The notes beneath the pieces are model-generated. The model ran no database searches. It saw nothing but the letters and a program-made list of their open reading frames with translations, and was not told the origin of the DNA. A stretch of DNA of 63,757 nt from Bacteroidia bacterium (GTDB lineage: Bacteria; Bacteroidota; Bacteroidia; AKYH767-A; JBBKVM01). The stretch lies in the NCBI GenBank assembly GCA_037969175.1, contig JBBKWX010000055.1, positions 1 through 63,757 on the forward strand. The letters are read 5' to 3'. The position numbers were made by a program, and so were the translations under genes. Position 1 is the stretch's first letter; each line of letters starts with the position of its first letter. This document shows, one piece after another, positions 39,015-48,546 of this stretch.

Positions 39015-39956
39015 ATGAATTCAACACAATTGGTTTTTCTGGCTTACATCAACAGATCAGGGTCTACATTCCTGGCTGAATTGATAAGCGCACATCCCAA
39101 TGTCTGTGTTTGCCCGGAAGCAGAAGTGTTGATACGCATTCTGTTAAGAAAGGAGAAAGAGGAAATATATGATAAAGAAGTTACGATAAAGAAGATCCTT
39201 GCTGCTTTAGCTGAAGATGAAAAATTTTCTTCCTGGGGAATGGATTCGGGCATGATGGCTCTAAGACTTCAACAGGCAGGAAGCAAATTCGAATTGTTTG
39301 AAGTTGTCTTACATGCCTACAGAGATCTTGTAAAACCGGATGCAAGTATAATTGTTTTTAAGGGTACAGAATTACTTAAGGTGTATGGTGAGTTTAATTC
39401 TGAATCAAAACCCATTTGTATTGTAGTTACCCGGGATGGAAGAGCCGCCTTTGCAAGTCAAAAAAAATCAAAGGGTTCATTAAGTGGAATGCCTATGCAG
39501 GTTAGCCCTGTTATTGCTGCAAAACACTGGGCGAATTTTACCAACAAGGTAATTGCCGATGATTCTATCCTCCACATTAAGTATGAAGATCTGGTTGAGA
39601 ATAATACTGAGACCTTAGAACGTGTTTGGTTATTCTTGAATTTAGAATTATCAATTTCTGTGATTCATGAAGGGGATCTTACTTCACGAATTCCGGAAAA
39701 TCAAAAACATTTACATACGAATATTGGAAAAGGACCTATCAAGTCGCGCATTGATTCCTGGAAGAAAGAACTGAGTCCCTCAGAGATTACTTTGTTTGAG
39801 TCAGAAGCCGGAGAAACATTGGCTTCTTTAGATTATCAATTACTTAAACCAATAAAGCAGGGATTTTCAATTTTGATTGCCAGAGTATATTTTGGCATCC
39901 GACATTTTATGAACCAACTCCTGAATCGGATTATTTTAAGATTCAAAAATTCATGA
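39015..39956 (+). CDS. PAPS-dependent sulfotransferase (Sulfotransfer_3 type)
   Basis: YINRSGSTFL 5'PSB loop, RDGRAAFAS 3'PB motif, IKYEDLV, WKKELS. Confidence 0.85.
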   Translation: MNSTQLVFLAYINRSGSTFLAELISAHPNVCVCPEAEVLIRILLRKEKEEIYDKEVTIKKILAALAEDEKFSSWGMDSGMMALRLQQAGSKFELFEVVLHAYRDLVKPDASIIVFKGTELLKVYGEFNSESKPICIVVTRDGRAAFASQKKSKGSLSGMPMQVSPVIAAKHWANFTNKVIADDSILHIKYEDLVENNTETLERVWLFLNLELSISVIHEGDLTSRIPENQKHLHTNIGKGPIKSRIDSWKKELSPSEITLFESEAGETLASLDYQLLKPIKQGFSILIARVYFGIRHFMNQLLNRIILRFKNS

Positions 39957-41155
39957 TAGAACCTTCAGACAATCCTATTTTGATATGCTCTCCTTCCGCA
40001 CCTCCATTGAATTCAGGTGCAGGAACCAATGCGCATAATTTCGGATTGCATTTGATCAAATATGGTTTTAAAGTCAATCATTTTAGCTTCAATTGGAATA
40101 TGAGTTTTCCATCTGTCAGTAATGATTCAGGATTGAAGATCATCAGAGCTCCTTATTTCAAATATAATCCGCTTACAAGAGCAGTATCTGCGCTATTCAC
40201 AGTTCCTGTAATGTTGTATTGTACTTTATTTGCCCGTACCATTTTTATCTATGGCCCAATGAAAGGCTACTTGTTTCTAATCCTGTTTGGTAAATTGACA
40301 GGAAAGAAAGTGGTTTTCAGATCTACGATGTTGGGAGATGATGATATTGTCTCTTTGATTCATAAGTATCCTTATTTTAAATCCTTCCGTAAATGGGCTT
40401 TGTCAAAACTGGGAATGTATTATGCATTGAACCCGGGATTTACAGCTGCTTATTTGAGAACATTTGATTCTAAAGAGAAAGTATTTGAAAGTCCTCAAGG
40501 ATTAGATCTGGAGAGATTCAAGCCGGTTGATGAAAATGAGAAGATCCAACTTCGTGCAGAATTGGGATTACCTGGTAATCTGCCTGTCCTGGTTAGTGTT
40601 GGTTATTTAATAAAAAGAAAAGGATACAGCGAACTGTTCGAGAGTCTTTCAAAATTAAATAGAGATTTCAGGTATGTGGTCATTGGGGATCATACTGTTG
40701 GCCCGGAGCATAATTTATTTTCGAAAAAAGCTGAAATGCAGGCTTTGTATGATAACGGGAAACAACTTCTGGGTGATAAATTGATCTTCACGGGTCCTTT
40801 GCCGGATGTAACAAAATACTTGCAGGCAGCTGATATCTTTTTATTGAATTCTGAGAAAGAGGGAGTTCCTAACGTATTGCTGGAATCAATGGCTTGTGGT
40901 TGTGTACCGGTGATCAAGGAGATAGAAGGCCTCAACGGATTTATCACATTTCCGGGTACAAACGCAATCGTGTATACAGATATTGAAGCACTGAATCCTC
41001 ATTTAGATAAACTTTTGTCTGATGATGCTCTGAGATTCAAGTTAGCAGAAAAATCATTAGATTTCGTAACTGAAAATCTTGACTTCAGAAAAGTCACCAC
41101 AAGAATAATGAATAAATTAGGAGTTCAAATACATCAACTGGAACATGATCAGTAG
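39953..41155 (+). CDS. Glycosyltransferase family 4
   Basis: SVGYLIKRKGY, ADIFLL.SEKEGVPNVLLESMACG. Confidence 0.9.
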   Translation: MIEPSDNPILICSPSAPPLNSGAGTNAHNFGLHLIKYGFKVNHFSFNWNMSFPSVSNDSGLKIIRAPYFKYNPLTRAVSALFTVPVMLYCTLFARTIFIYGPMKGYLFLILFGKLTGKKVVFRSTMLGDDDIVSLIHKYPYFKSFRKWALSKLGMYYALNPGFTAAYLRTFDSKEKVFESPQGLDLERFKPVDENEKIQLRAELGLPGNLPVLVSVGYLIKRKGYSELFESLSKLNRDFRYVVIGDHTVGPEHNLFSKKAEMQALYDNGKQLLGDKLIFTGPLPDVTKYLQAADIFLLNSEKEGVPNVLLESMACGCVPVIKEIEGLNGFITFPGTNAIVYTDIEALNPHLDKLLSDDALRFKLAEKSLDFVTENLDFRKVTTRIMNKLGVQIHQLEHDQ

Positions 41156-42413
41156 AATATTTAAATACAGTTTTGCGTTCCTGATTTTTTTTCTGTTTCT
41201 ATATTTCAGTTACATTAAAGTTTTTGGTGCGGAGATAAATCTGCTTTGGAAGATTCCAATTCTGATCTATGCCGTTTTTCTTTTCATTGCTAATTTCAAT
41301 GGAACATTTCCAAAGTATTTTTTTTACGGGATTCTGTTCTCCATAAAAAACCTGATCAACGTAGGTCCAATATCCTATTTTTTGGCATCTATGATGGAAC
41401 TTTTTAAATATTCAGTTATTCCATTATTTACTGAAATGTTTAGAATAATTTATCGGAGGAAGCCATTAAAATTGGAAGGCCTGGCCAAAATTATAAGTGT
41501 TTTTATAATCTTATCAGCTCTGCCTTTTTTGCTTGGAATTGTTAATCAACCCGTAGCATCTGACAACCTGGAGAAATTTGGTTTATCGAATGCACATATT
41601 TTTATTGGTGTATTTTTAAAAGGCCACTCTGCTTCTATCTCATTTTCTTCAGCAGCTCTTATGTTACTGATCTATTTTAATCGTGAAAAAGATCAGCTGA
41701 CGAAATTATTTTACTTCTTGTTAATAGCTTTAGCTACGTATGTAATTTACAAGACCTATGTAAGAACCGGATGGGTGATTTATCTTGCAGGTGGATTTTT
41801 CATTTATTTCTGGGGACAAAAATTCTCAGTTATAATTAAAAGAGTGCCGTTATTGTTGGTGGGAATTGGAGGTCTCGCTGCATTATACTTAAGTTCACCG
41901 GCCTTACAATTGCGATTAACAGATAGCAATATCTGGAAAGAAGAGCAGAATGTGGAAACTGTAAATCTGGGTTCAGGAAGATTGAAATATGCTGAGACTT
42001 CGATTAATTACTGGACAGATAGTGGAGTAGGAGGTATTGTATTAGGACTGGGGATAGAACATGCCAGGGATCTGATGGCTGATGCTGTTGGTAAGCGACT
42101 TGTAGCTCATAATGGATTTATTAATATAATTCAAAATACAGGATTGTTGGGTGTATTACTATTTGGACTTTTTTCCTACTACATGATTAAAATTACCCTG
42201 AATCTGAGAAAGAGTTCATTATTACGATTACCGCTTAATACATTGATGCTTGCCTATTTTTTCACACTTTTATTTCAAGGTGCGCATTATATCTGGATCC
42301 AGATCTTGCTTTCAATATATTTGGCATTGGCCCTGCTGGAGCAAGAACAATATAAAATACAAAACGCCAAATTAGCTGAGTTGGAAAAAGGGAAAGACAG
42401 TGATGAAAAATAA
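41145..42413 (+). CDS. O-antigen ligase/polymerase family (Wzy/WaaL-like) membrane protein
   Basis: Polytopic; TYVRTGW, SGRL, LG.G, AHNGFINII motifs of the O-antigen ligase-related fold. Confidence 0.75.
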   Translation: MISRIFKYSFAFLIFFLFLYFSYIKVFGAEINLLWKIPILIYAVFLFIANFNGTFPKYFFYGILFSIKNLINVGPISYFLASMMELFKYSVIPLFTEMFRIIYRRKPLKLEGLAKIISVFIILSALPFLLGIVNQPVASDNLEKFGLSNAHIFIGVFLKGHSASISFSSAALMLLIYFNREKDQLTKLFYFLLIALATYVIYKTYVRTGWVIYLAGGFFIYFWGQKFSVIIKRVPLLLVGIGGLAALYLSSPALQLRLTDSNIWKEEQNVETVNLGSGRLKYAETSINYWTDSGVGGIVLGLGIEHARDLMADAVGKRLVAHNGFINIIQNTGLLGVLLFGLFSYYMIKITLNLRKSSLLRLPLNTLMLAYFFTLLFQGAHYIWIQILLSIYLALALLEQEQYKIQNAKLAELEKGKDSDEK

Positions 42414-43248
42414 AGACAATTCTTTGGTATGCTTTGTACACATTGAGAAAGCTGCAGGCACTACCTTACATCATATTTTCATCAATAACATTCCTACGTA
42501 TGTAACGCTTAAGCCTTGGTACTATTGGTCGAATCAACCGGGAAATGACCTTAATACGGATGAGGCGAAATTTCTGCTTTCCAAAATCCCAAAACTAAAA
42601 GCATTCGGTGGTCATACAGTAAGATCCTATCATGATTATGAAAGTGCACTGGGAAGAAAAATTCAATATTTTACATTCTTGAGACAGCCTGTATCACGCT
42701 ATATTTCTCACTTTCGCTATCAGCGTGATATCATGAATAAAGACTGGACCATTGAAACATTTTTAGCAGAGAAGAGATTTGATAATTATATGACTCGCCG
42801 AATTTCTCCATCAGGAGATGTGAATGAAGCGATGGATGTGTTAAAGAATAAATATGCATTCACCGGATTGATGGAGGATTTTGACAGAAGTCTTTTATTG
42901 ATGAAAGATAATTTGGATCTGATTGACTTTGATGTTGCTTACGAAATACAGAATACCAATGTGAAGAGTGATAAGAAGAAAGATGAACGAATGAATGATG
43001 CAACCATGGCTGCTATTCTGGAATCGAATAAAGATGATATCCTTCTTTATGATTTTGTAAAGAATGAATTGTATCCTTCTTACATTGCTCAATATTCAGG
43101 GAACCTTGATAATGAATTGGCTGAACTTTTAGTTAGAAATGAAACATTTAGCTTTAGTTTTAAAAATAAATATTTTGCAAAAATATTCCAGTTAGGATAT
43201 TACAATCCGCTCGAGCGAATCGGGAAATTTCTTTATCATCGGAGCTAA
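42403..43248 (+). CDS. PAPS-dependent sulfotransferase (Sulfotransfer_2 type)
   Basis: FVHIEKAAGTT 5'PSB loop, TFLRQPVSRYISHF 3'PB motif, DNYMTR, GLMEDFD.S. Confidence 0.8.
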   Translation: MKNKDNSLVCFVHIEKAAGTTLHHIFINNIPTYVTLKPWYYWSNQPGNDLNTDEAKFLLSKIPKLKAFGGHTVRSYHDYESALGRKIQYFTFLRQPVSRYISHFRYQRDIMNKDWTIETFLAEKRFDNYMTRRISPSGDVNEAMDVLKNKYAFTGLMEDFDRSLLLMKDNLDLIDFDVAYEIQNTNVKSDKKKDERMNDATMAAILESNKDDILLYDFVKNELYPSYIAQYSGNLDNELAELLVRNETFSFSFKNKYFAKIFQLGYYNPLERIGKFLYHRS

Positions 43249-43260
43249 TTGCAAGTTGCT

Positions 43261-44298
43261 ATGAAAAAAAGACGTTTGCTTTTAATAGGTCCTTTTCCTG
43301 ATCCCAAAGGAGGTGTAAGTATACATCTTGTGCGATTGAGCAGGCTGATGGCAAACGATTTCATACTCGATACAATAGATGAAAGTCCTATAATTAAAGC
43401 TTCCTATTTTAACATTCGCTCTCTCAATATTTTTAAATATCTGGCGAAGATCATCAAGTCGGATATCATTCATATACATAGTAGTATATCCGTTTTGCGT
43501 TATCTCCATTTTGTTGTTGGTAAATTATTTTTTAAAAAGATCATAGTCACCATGCACAGTTGGAGCATGGAAAATAAAAGTGTAGCAGAAACAAAACGCA
43601 ACGCTTTTTTGCTCCGGAATGTAGATAATGTCATTACTGTTAATGATATTATTCCACAGTACTTTAACTTAAAGAACTATTTGATCCAACCGGCTTTTAT
43701 CCCACCATTTATGAAGGATGAAAATCCTTTGCCTGCAGAACTGATCTCTGTCATTGAAAACAAACGAAAAGAAGGAAGATCGATTCTGGTTGCTAATGCA
43801 TACCGACTGGATGATTATCAGGGTGTAGATCTGTATGGTCTTGACATGTGTATTGACCTTGTGAAAGATTTTGTCAAGAATGAGGACGAAAGTATTTTCC
43901 TCATATTCATCGTTTCCAGTTTGGCAAAAGGAGCTGAAAAATATGCAGCATTTCAAAAAAGAATACAAGACGAGAAACTTGAATCCGGTATTTTACTTGC
44001 GCATTTAGATCTCAGTTTTGTAAAACTAATAGAGAGTGCAGATATAGTGCTCAGGCCAACAAACACGGATGGGGATGCATTAACTATCAGAGAGGCTTTG
44101 TTTCTAAATAAAGTAATTATTTCTTCGGATGTTGTATCGCGTCCTGATGGTACAGTCCTGTTCAAGACAAGAGATCCGGATGATCTTTTAGAAAAGGTAA
44201 GACTCTCTTTACATACGAATTCGGTAAAAGAGAATACGCAGAATGATGCTGAATTCTACCAAGAATTTTATAGTCAATTGTATTCTGAGCTTTTTTAG
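43261..44298 (+). CDS. Glycosyltransferase family 4
   Basis: GPFPDPKGGVSIH, IIHIH, ADIVLRPTNTDGDALTIREAL. Confidence 0.85.
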   Translation: MKKRRLLLIGPFPDPKGGVSIHLVRLSRLMANDFILDTIDESPIIKASYFNIRSLNIFKYLAKIIKSDIIHIHSSISVLRYLHFVVGKLFFKKIIVTMHSWSMENKSVAETKRNAFLLRNVDNVITVNDIIPQYFNLKNYLIQPAFIPPFMKDENPLPAELISVIENKRKEGRSILVANAYRLDDYQGVDLYGLDMCIDLVKDFVKNEDESIFLIFIVSSLAKGAEKYAAFQKRIQDEKLESGILLAHLDLSFVKLIESADIVLRPTNTDGDALTIREALFLNKVIISSDVVSRPDGTVLFKTRDPDDLLEKVRLSLHTNSVKENTQNDAEFYQEFYSQLYSELF

Positions 44299-44332
44299 CC
44301 GGCGACAAGTCCAATTTATCCACCCTTATTTG

Positions 44333-44340
44333 TATTTTTG
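44333..44340 (+). promoter_or_regulatory. Possible internal -7 element TATTTTTG
   Basis: TAnnTTTG match in the 148-bp gap before the bi-domain oxidoreductase; about 105 nt from the ATG. Confidence 0.3.
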
Positions 44341-44446
44341 AGCCCTGGTTTAAGCGGGATATTTTCCTTTTATGGATTTTCATGAGGATAGATAGACCAG
44401 ATGCTTGGCTTTTAATTGCAATTGCATTTTTTGGTGAATACGACAT

Positions 44447-46621
44447 ATGAAACAAGTGATTCAGAATTTTAAAACAGGAAAGTTATATGTGGAGGATCTC
44501 CCGGCACCAACATTAAGTTCAGGTATGGTGCTGGTTGAAAATCGTTGTTCATTGATAAGTGCAGGCACTGAGCGTGGTACAGTAAAAGCGGGGAAAGCCA
44601 GTCTTTTAGGTAAAGCAAGGCAAAGACCGGATCTTGTGAAGCAAGTTCTGCAAAATGTAAAGAAAGTAGGACTGAAAGCTACACTAGAAAAAGTTAGAAC
44701 AAAATTAGATTCTTTGGCAGCTCTGGGCTATAGCAGTTCGGGTGTCGTGAGTGCATCCATGGATACCAGTGGAATGTTCAGAGAGGGCGACCGCGTTGCT
44801 TGTGCGGGAGCAGGTTATGCTTCCCATGCTGATATCATCTCCGTGCCTCAAAACCTGGTTGTTAAGATCCCGGATTCTGTTTCTTTTGAGGAAGCAGCTT
44901 TTACAACTCTCGGTGCTATTGCTATGCAAGGCGTACGTCAGGCTGATGCAAGGCTGGGAGAAAAGATCTGTGTCATCGGACTTGGTTTGCTTGGACAAAT
45001 AACTTGTCAGCTCTTGGAAGCCAATGGCTGTAGTGTATTTGGAATTGATCTCTCCACTGAAATGGTCAATCTGGCAAACAAGACCACGCAAACAAAAGCA
45101 TACAGCCGAAATGATGCTAATTTGATGAAGGCTATTGAAAATTTCACCAATGGCCGTGGTTTCGATAGTGTGATCATAACTGCTGCTGCATCAAGCAACG
45201 ATCCTGTTGAACTTTCAGCTGAGATCAGCCGGAAAAAAGGAAAGATCATTATGGTTGGTGCTGTCAAGATGGATCTTCCACGCGAACCGCATTTTTTCAA
45301 GAAGGAGCTCGATCTTAGAATGAGCTGTTCCTATGGCCCCGGTAGATACGATAGTTCTTATGAAGAGAACGGTCATGATTATCCATATGCCTATGTGAGA
45401 TTCACAGAGCAAAGAAATATGGAAGCTTTTCTGGATCTTATTGCATCCGGTAAGATCGATCTTAAACCACTTATTACACATACCTTTCCGGTAGAGCAAG
45501 CCGAAGCAGCTTACGCTTTGGTTTTGGGTGAGGTCAACGAATTTTATATCGGCATTGTACTAACTTACGCAGATAAAAAAGATACTACCCGATTGATCGA
45601 TATCAATCCATTAAAAAGGGAGAAAATAAATGTAGCCTTTATTGGAGCAGGAAGTTTTGCTCAAAGCAACCTGGTTCCTTATGTGAAATCCGCAGGGGCT
45701 TCGCTTGAAACAGTTATCACAAACAGAGGGATCAATGCAAGGAATGCTGCCGAGAAACTGGGCTTCGCGCAAGCCGGTACGGAGGCATCCATGGTTTTGG
45801 ATAATGAAAATATCAATACCGTTTTTATAGCTACTCAACATGATTCTCACGCAGCTTATGTGATGGATAGTATCCGTGCCGGTAAAGATGTATTTGTTGA
45901 AAAACCTTTGTCCATGAAAGAAGAAGATCTTGATGAATTGATCAAGGTGTATTCGGCTTCAGGGAAATCGCGGGTGATGGTTGGTTTCAATCGTAGATTC
46001 GCTCCGGTGAGTGTTGCTTTGAAATCGGAATTTAAAGGTGTGTCAGAACCACTGGTGATGAACTTCAGGATCAATGCAGGATTTCTTCCACTTGACCATT
46101 GGACTCAGGATGCTGAAAAAGGTGGAGGTAGAATTGTGGGTGAGATTTGTCATTTCATCGACCTCATGCAATATTTTTCCGATTCAGATCCGGTAAAGGT
46201 TTATGCTTCTTGTATCAAAACCTCAAATACCGCTATCCGCAAAGAAGACAACATAAGCATCACTGTCGATTTTGCAGACGGATCAATCGGGAATCTGATT
46301 TATCTGGCCAATGCCGATAGCAGTGTTGCCAAGGAGAGAATTGAGATCAGTGCAGGTGGAGTGATGGGATTAATAGATGATTTCCGTGAAGGCTTTATAT
46401 TCCGGAATAATAAAGCTCAAAAATTGAAGCTGCAAGGCAAAGGACATAAACAAGAAGTTGAAGCATTTATTCAGGCTATAAGCGATGGAAATGATTCACC
46501 GATCTCTTTTGAATCAGCTGTGCTTACTACCCGTACTACTTTCAGAATTCAGGATGCTCTTCATACCGGCTTACCTCAACGCATTACGTTAGAGCATGGA
46601 CAGGATCAGGAAGAGCTTTAG
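44447..46621 (+). CDS. Bi-domain oxidoreductase (MDR/Zn-type alcohol dehydrogenase fold fused to Gfo/Idh/MocA)
   Basis: MKQV.QN...G, SAGTE, LGYSSSG, GLGLLG, SYGPGRYD..YE, R.TEQRN; second domain FIGAGSFA, VFVEKP, GFNRRF, GEICHFID. Confidence 0.88.
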   Translation: MKQVIQNFKTGKLYVEDLPAPTLSSGMVLVENRCSLISAGTERGTVKAGKASLLGKARQRPDLVKQVLQNVKKVGLKATLEKVRTKLDSLAALGYSSSGVVSASMDTSGMFREGDRVACAGAGYASHADIISVPQNLVVKIPDSVSFEEAAFTTLGAIAMQGVRQADARLGEKICVIGLGLLGQITCQLLEANGCSVFGIDLSTEMVNLANKTTQTKAYSRNDANLMKAIENFTNGRGFDSVIITAAASSNDPVELSAEISRKKGKIIMVGAVKMDLPREPHFFKKELDLRMSCSYGPGRYDSSYEENGHDYPYAYVRFTEQRNMEAFLDLIASGKIDLKPLITHTFPVEQAEAAYALVLGEVNEFYIGIVLTYADKKDTTRLIDINPLKREKINVAFIGAGSFAQSNLVPYVKSAGASLETVITNRGINARNAAEKLGFAQAGTEASMVLDNENINTVFIATQHDSHAAYVMDSIRAGKDVFVEKPLSMKEEDLDELIKVYSASGKSRVMVGFNRRFAPVSVALKSEFKGVSEPLVMNFRINAGFLPLDHWTQDAEKGGGRIVGEICHFIDLMQYFSDSDPVKVYASCIKTSNTAIRKEDNISITVDFADGSIGNLIYLANADSSVAKERIEISAGGVMGLIDDFREGFIFRNNKAQKLKLQGKGHKQEVEAFIQAISDGNDSPISFESAVLTTRTTFRIQDALHTGLPQRITLEHGQDQEEL

Positions 46622-47768
46622 TGATCTTCGCACTTGGTGTGAAATAGAGCATTTCAGAGGTTGGGATCCTTACGACGGTCTTAATTCCAAGCTTTTCAAA
46701 CTTACTCCATTCTACCGGTTTAAATGGACTCGTTTGATCTGGATGCAGGCTTTCAAACATTTGCCTGTAAATCTTAGATCGATCACGCTTGTTCCTAAAG
46801 AAGAAAATCCGGCAGGCTTGGGTGTTTTTCTTGCAGGTTATTGTGTGCTTTTTAAGAGTGGAAAAGATAAAGGGGAGTTGGCAAAAAGCAGGATTATAAA
46901 ACTTGCTGATCAGCTATTGGATTTGCAAACTCCGGGATGGTCAGGGAGCTGTTGGGGCTACAATTTTCCTTGGCAATCAAGAGCCTTTTTTCTTCCAAAA
47001 TATTATCCTACCATCGTCGCAACTTCACATATTGCAAATGCCTTGCTCGATGCCTATGAGATCACATCGGATGAAAGATATAAGCTTGCTGCTCGATCAG
47101 CGTGTGATTTTATTTTGAAAGATCTCAACAGAAGTGAAAATGAAAACGGTGATTTTATTTTTTCATATTCACCTTCAGATACTACCCGGGTTTATAATGC
47201 ATCTTTATTAGGTTCAAGACTTCTTGCCAGAGTTGCTGCATTGACCAGTGAAAAGGAACTGCTGATTCCGGCAAAAAAAAGTGTGGATTATTGCATGAAA
47301 GATCAGCAAGCCGATGGTTCATGGCTGTATGGCAAGTTGGAGATCCAGGATTGGATAGATAGTTTCCATACAGGGTATAACCTGGAATCACTTTATTATT
47401 ATGCTGAATTTTCAGGTGATCATAGCCATAATGATGGAGTTGCAAAAGGACTGAAATTTTATTTGGAGAATTTCTTTGAACCGGATGGATCTGCGAAATA
47501 TTATCATAACAGAAAATATCCAATAGATCTTAATCCACCCGCTCAATTGATCTTGACCTTATTGGCTGCCGGTAAACTTGAAGAACAAAATGATCTTGCT
47601 AAAAACGTATTGCTTCATGCAATTGAAAAAATGCAGGACAAGAAAGGATATTTTTATTTTCAGGATAAGGGCAAGTTCAAAATCAGGATGCCCTATATGA
47701 GATGGGTGCAAGCCTGGATGTTCTATGCCATGGCAGTTTATCTGTCAAATACAGATTCGGAAAATTAA
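46596..47768 (+). CDS. Cytoplasmic (alpha/alpha)-toroid protein of glycan loci (epimerase/lyase-like, function unknown)
   Basis: GWDPYDGLNS, CWGYNFPWQSR, YNASLLG, WIDSFHTGYNL, YMRW.QAWM; repeated helix-loop pattern; no signal peptide. Confidence 0.6.
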   Translation: MDRIRKSFSDLRTWCEIEHFRGWDPYDGLNSKLFKLTPFYRFKWTRLIWMQAFKHLPVNLRSITLVPKEENPAGLGVFLAGYCVLFKSGKDKGELAKSRIIKLADQLLDLQTPGWSGSCWGYNFPWQSRAFFLPKYYPTIVATSHIANALLDAYEITSDERYKLAARSACDFILKDLNRSENENGDFIFSYSPSDTTRVYNASLLGSRLLARVAALTSEKELLIPAKKSVDYCMKDQQADGSWLYGKLEIQDWIDSFHTGYNLESLYYYAEFSGDHSHNDGVAKGLKFYLENFFEPDGSAKYYHNRKYPIDLNPPAQLILTLLAAGKLEEQNDLAKNVLLHAIEKMQDKKGYFYFQDKGKFKIRMPYMRWVQAWMFYAMAVYLSNTDSEN

Positions 47769-48463
47769 AGTTGATTCGTCAAATAAAGCCAATAGAATTT
47801 AAGCACCGTTTTTTGTCGCGGTAATTTTTTAGGATCGATCAATGCACGATACAAACCTTCATGTGCAATATATTTTTCCCACCACCAGGGAACATCAGCA
47901 ACTTTACCTGCATAAAGATCAAAACTCCCACCCAGTCCGAAGTATAATGCGGGGTGCAGCTTCATCAGGTCATCCATCAGATATTCCTGTTTAGGCGATC
48001 CCATAGCAACAAATACGGCATCCGGTTTTCTTTCCAGAATATCTTTTTTCGTTGCTTCTATGGTTGCAGCATCCAGAAATCCATTCCGGAAATTAGCAAT
48101 TTGTATCCCCGGAAAATCTATGTTTAATCGCTCCACCGTTTTATCAATGATCTCTTGTGATGCACCAATAAAATAAAATTTCTTGGTTTTATAATGCCTT
48201 GAGATATAATCCAGCCATAATTTACAACCGGGATATTTTATTGCCGAAATACCTTTTTTCTTCAAGCCTTTTACAACACTTGACCCATCAGCATAAGCCG
48301 TATGTGTATTTATTAATTGGGTGATACGTTCTTCATGCGTAATGATCTTTGGAGCGCTGAGGGCAATGACCAGAGTAGATGGGAGGCTGTCTAAATAGTC
48401 CAGGAATTCCTCCTTTTCCGTGAAGGCATGTACTTGCTTGTTATAAAATTTATGCTTTTGCAT
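47765..48463 (-). CDS. wecG: WecB/TagA/CpsF family glycosyltransferase (UDP-ManNAcA transferase-like)
   Basis: YADG.SVV, YFIGA, RNGF, PDAVFVAMGSPKQE, GLGGSFD; the only clear minus-strand gene in the window. Confidence 0.85.
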   Translation of the reverse strand: MQKHKFYNKQVHAFTEKEEFLDYLDSLPSTLVIALSAPKIITHEERITQLINTHTAYADGSSVVKGLKKKGISAIKYPGCKLWLDYISRHYKTKKFYFIGASQEIIDKTVERLNIDFPGIQIANFRNGFLDAATIEATKKDILERKPDAVFVAMGSPKQEYLMDDLMKLHPALYFGLGGSFDLYAGKVADVPWWWEKYIAHEGLYRALIDPKKLPRQKTVLKFYWLYLTNQL

Positions 48464-48489
48464 TGGATATCCCAAGGGCTAAAATTATG

Positions 48490-48497
48490 TATATTCG
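48490..48497 (+). promoter_or_regulatory. -7 element variant TATATTCG for the methyltransferase operon
   Basis: Same variant as at 13232 and 25125. Confidence 0.5.
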
Positions 48498-48524
48498 CCT
48501 GTTCATAGAAGAATGATAGGATTG

Positions 48525-48532
48525 CAAAGTTA
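48525..48532 (-). promoter_or_regulatory. -7 element TAACTTTG for wecG (minus strand)
   Basis: CAAAGTTA on the plus strand is an exact TAnnTTTG on the minus strand, followed by C. Confidence 0.6.
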
Positions 48533-48546
48533 GCATTCCCATTCTT

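Noticed and set aside
44162-44455. Basic 97-aa minus-strand ORF across the GT4/oxidoreductase gap
   Set aside because: Overlaps both neighbours, has no recognisable motif and no clear promoter; probably spurious.
48509-48546. 7-bp inverted repeat AAGAATG/CATTCTT around the wecG -7 element as an invertible promoter
   Set aside because: Too short for typical Bacteroidota invertible-promoter repeats, and no recombinase is present in the window.
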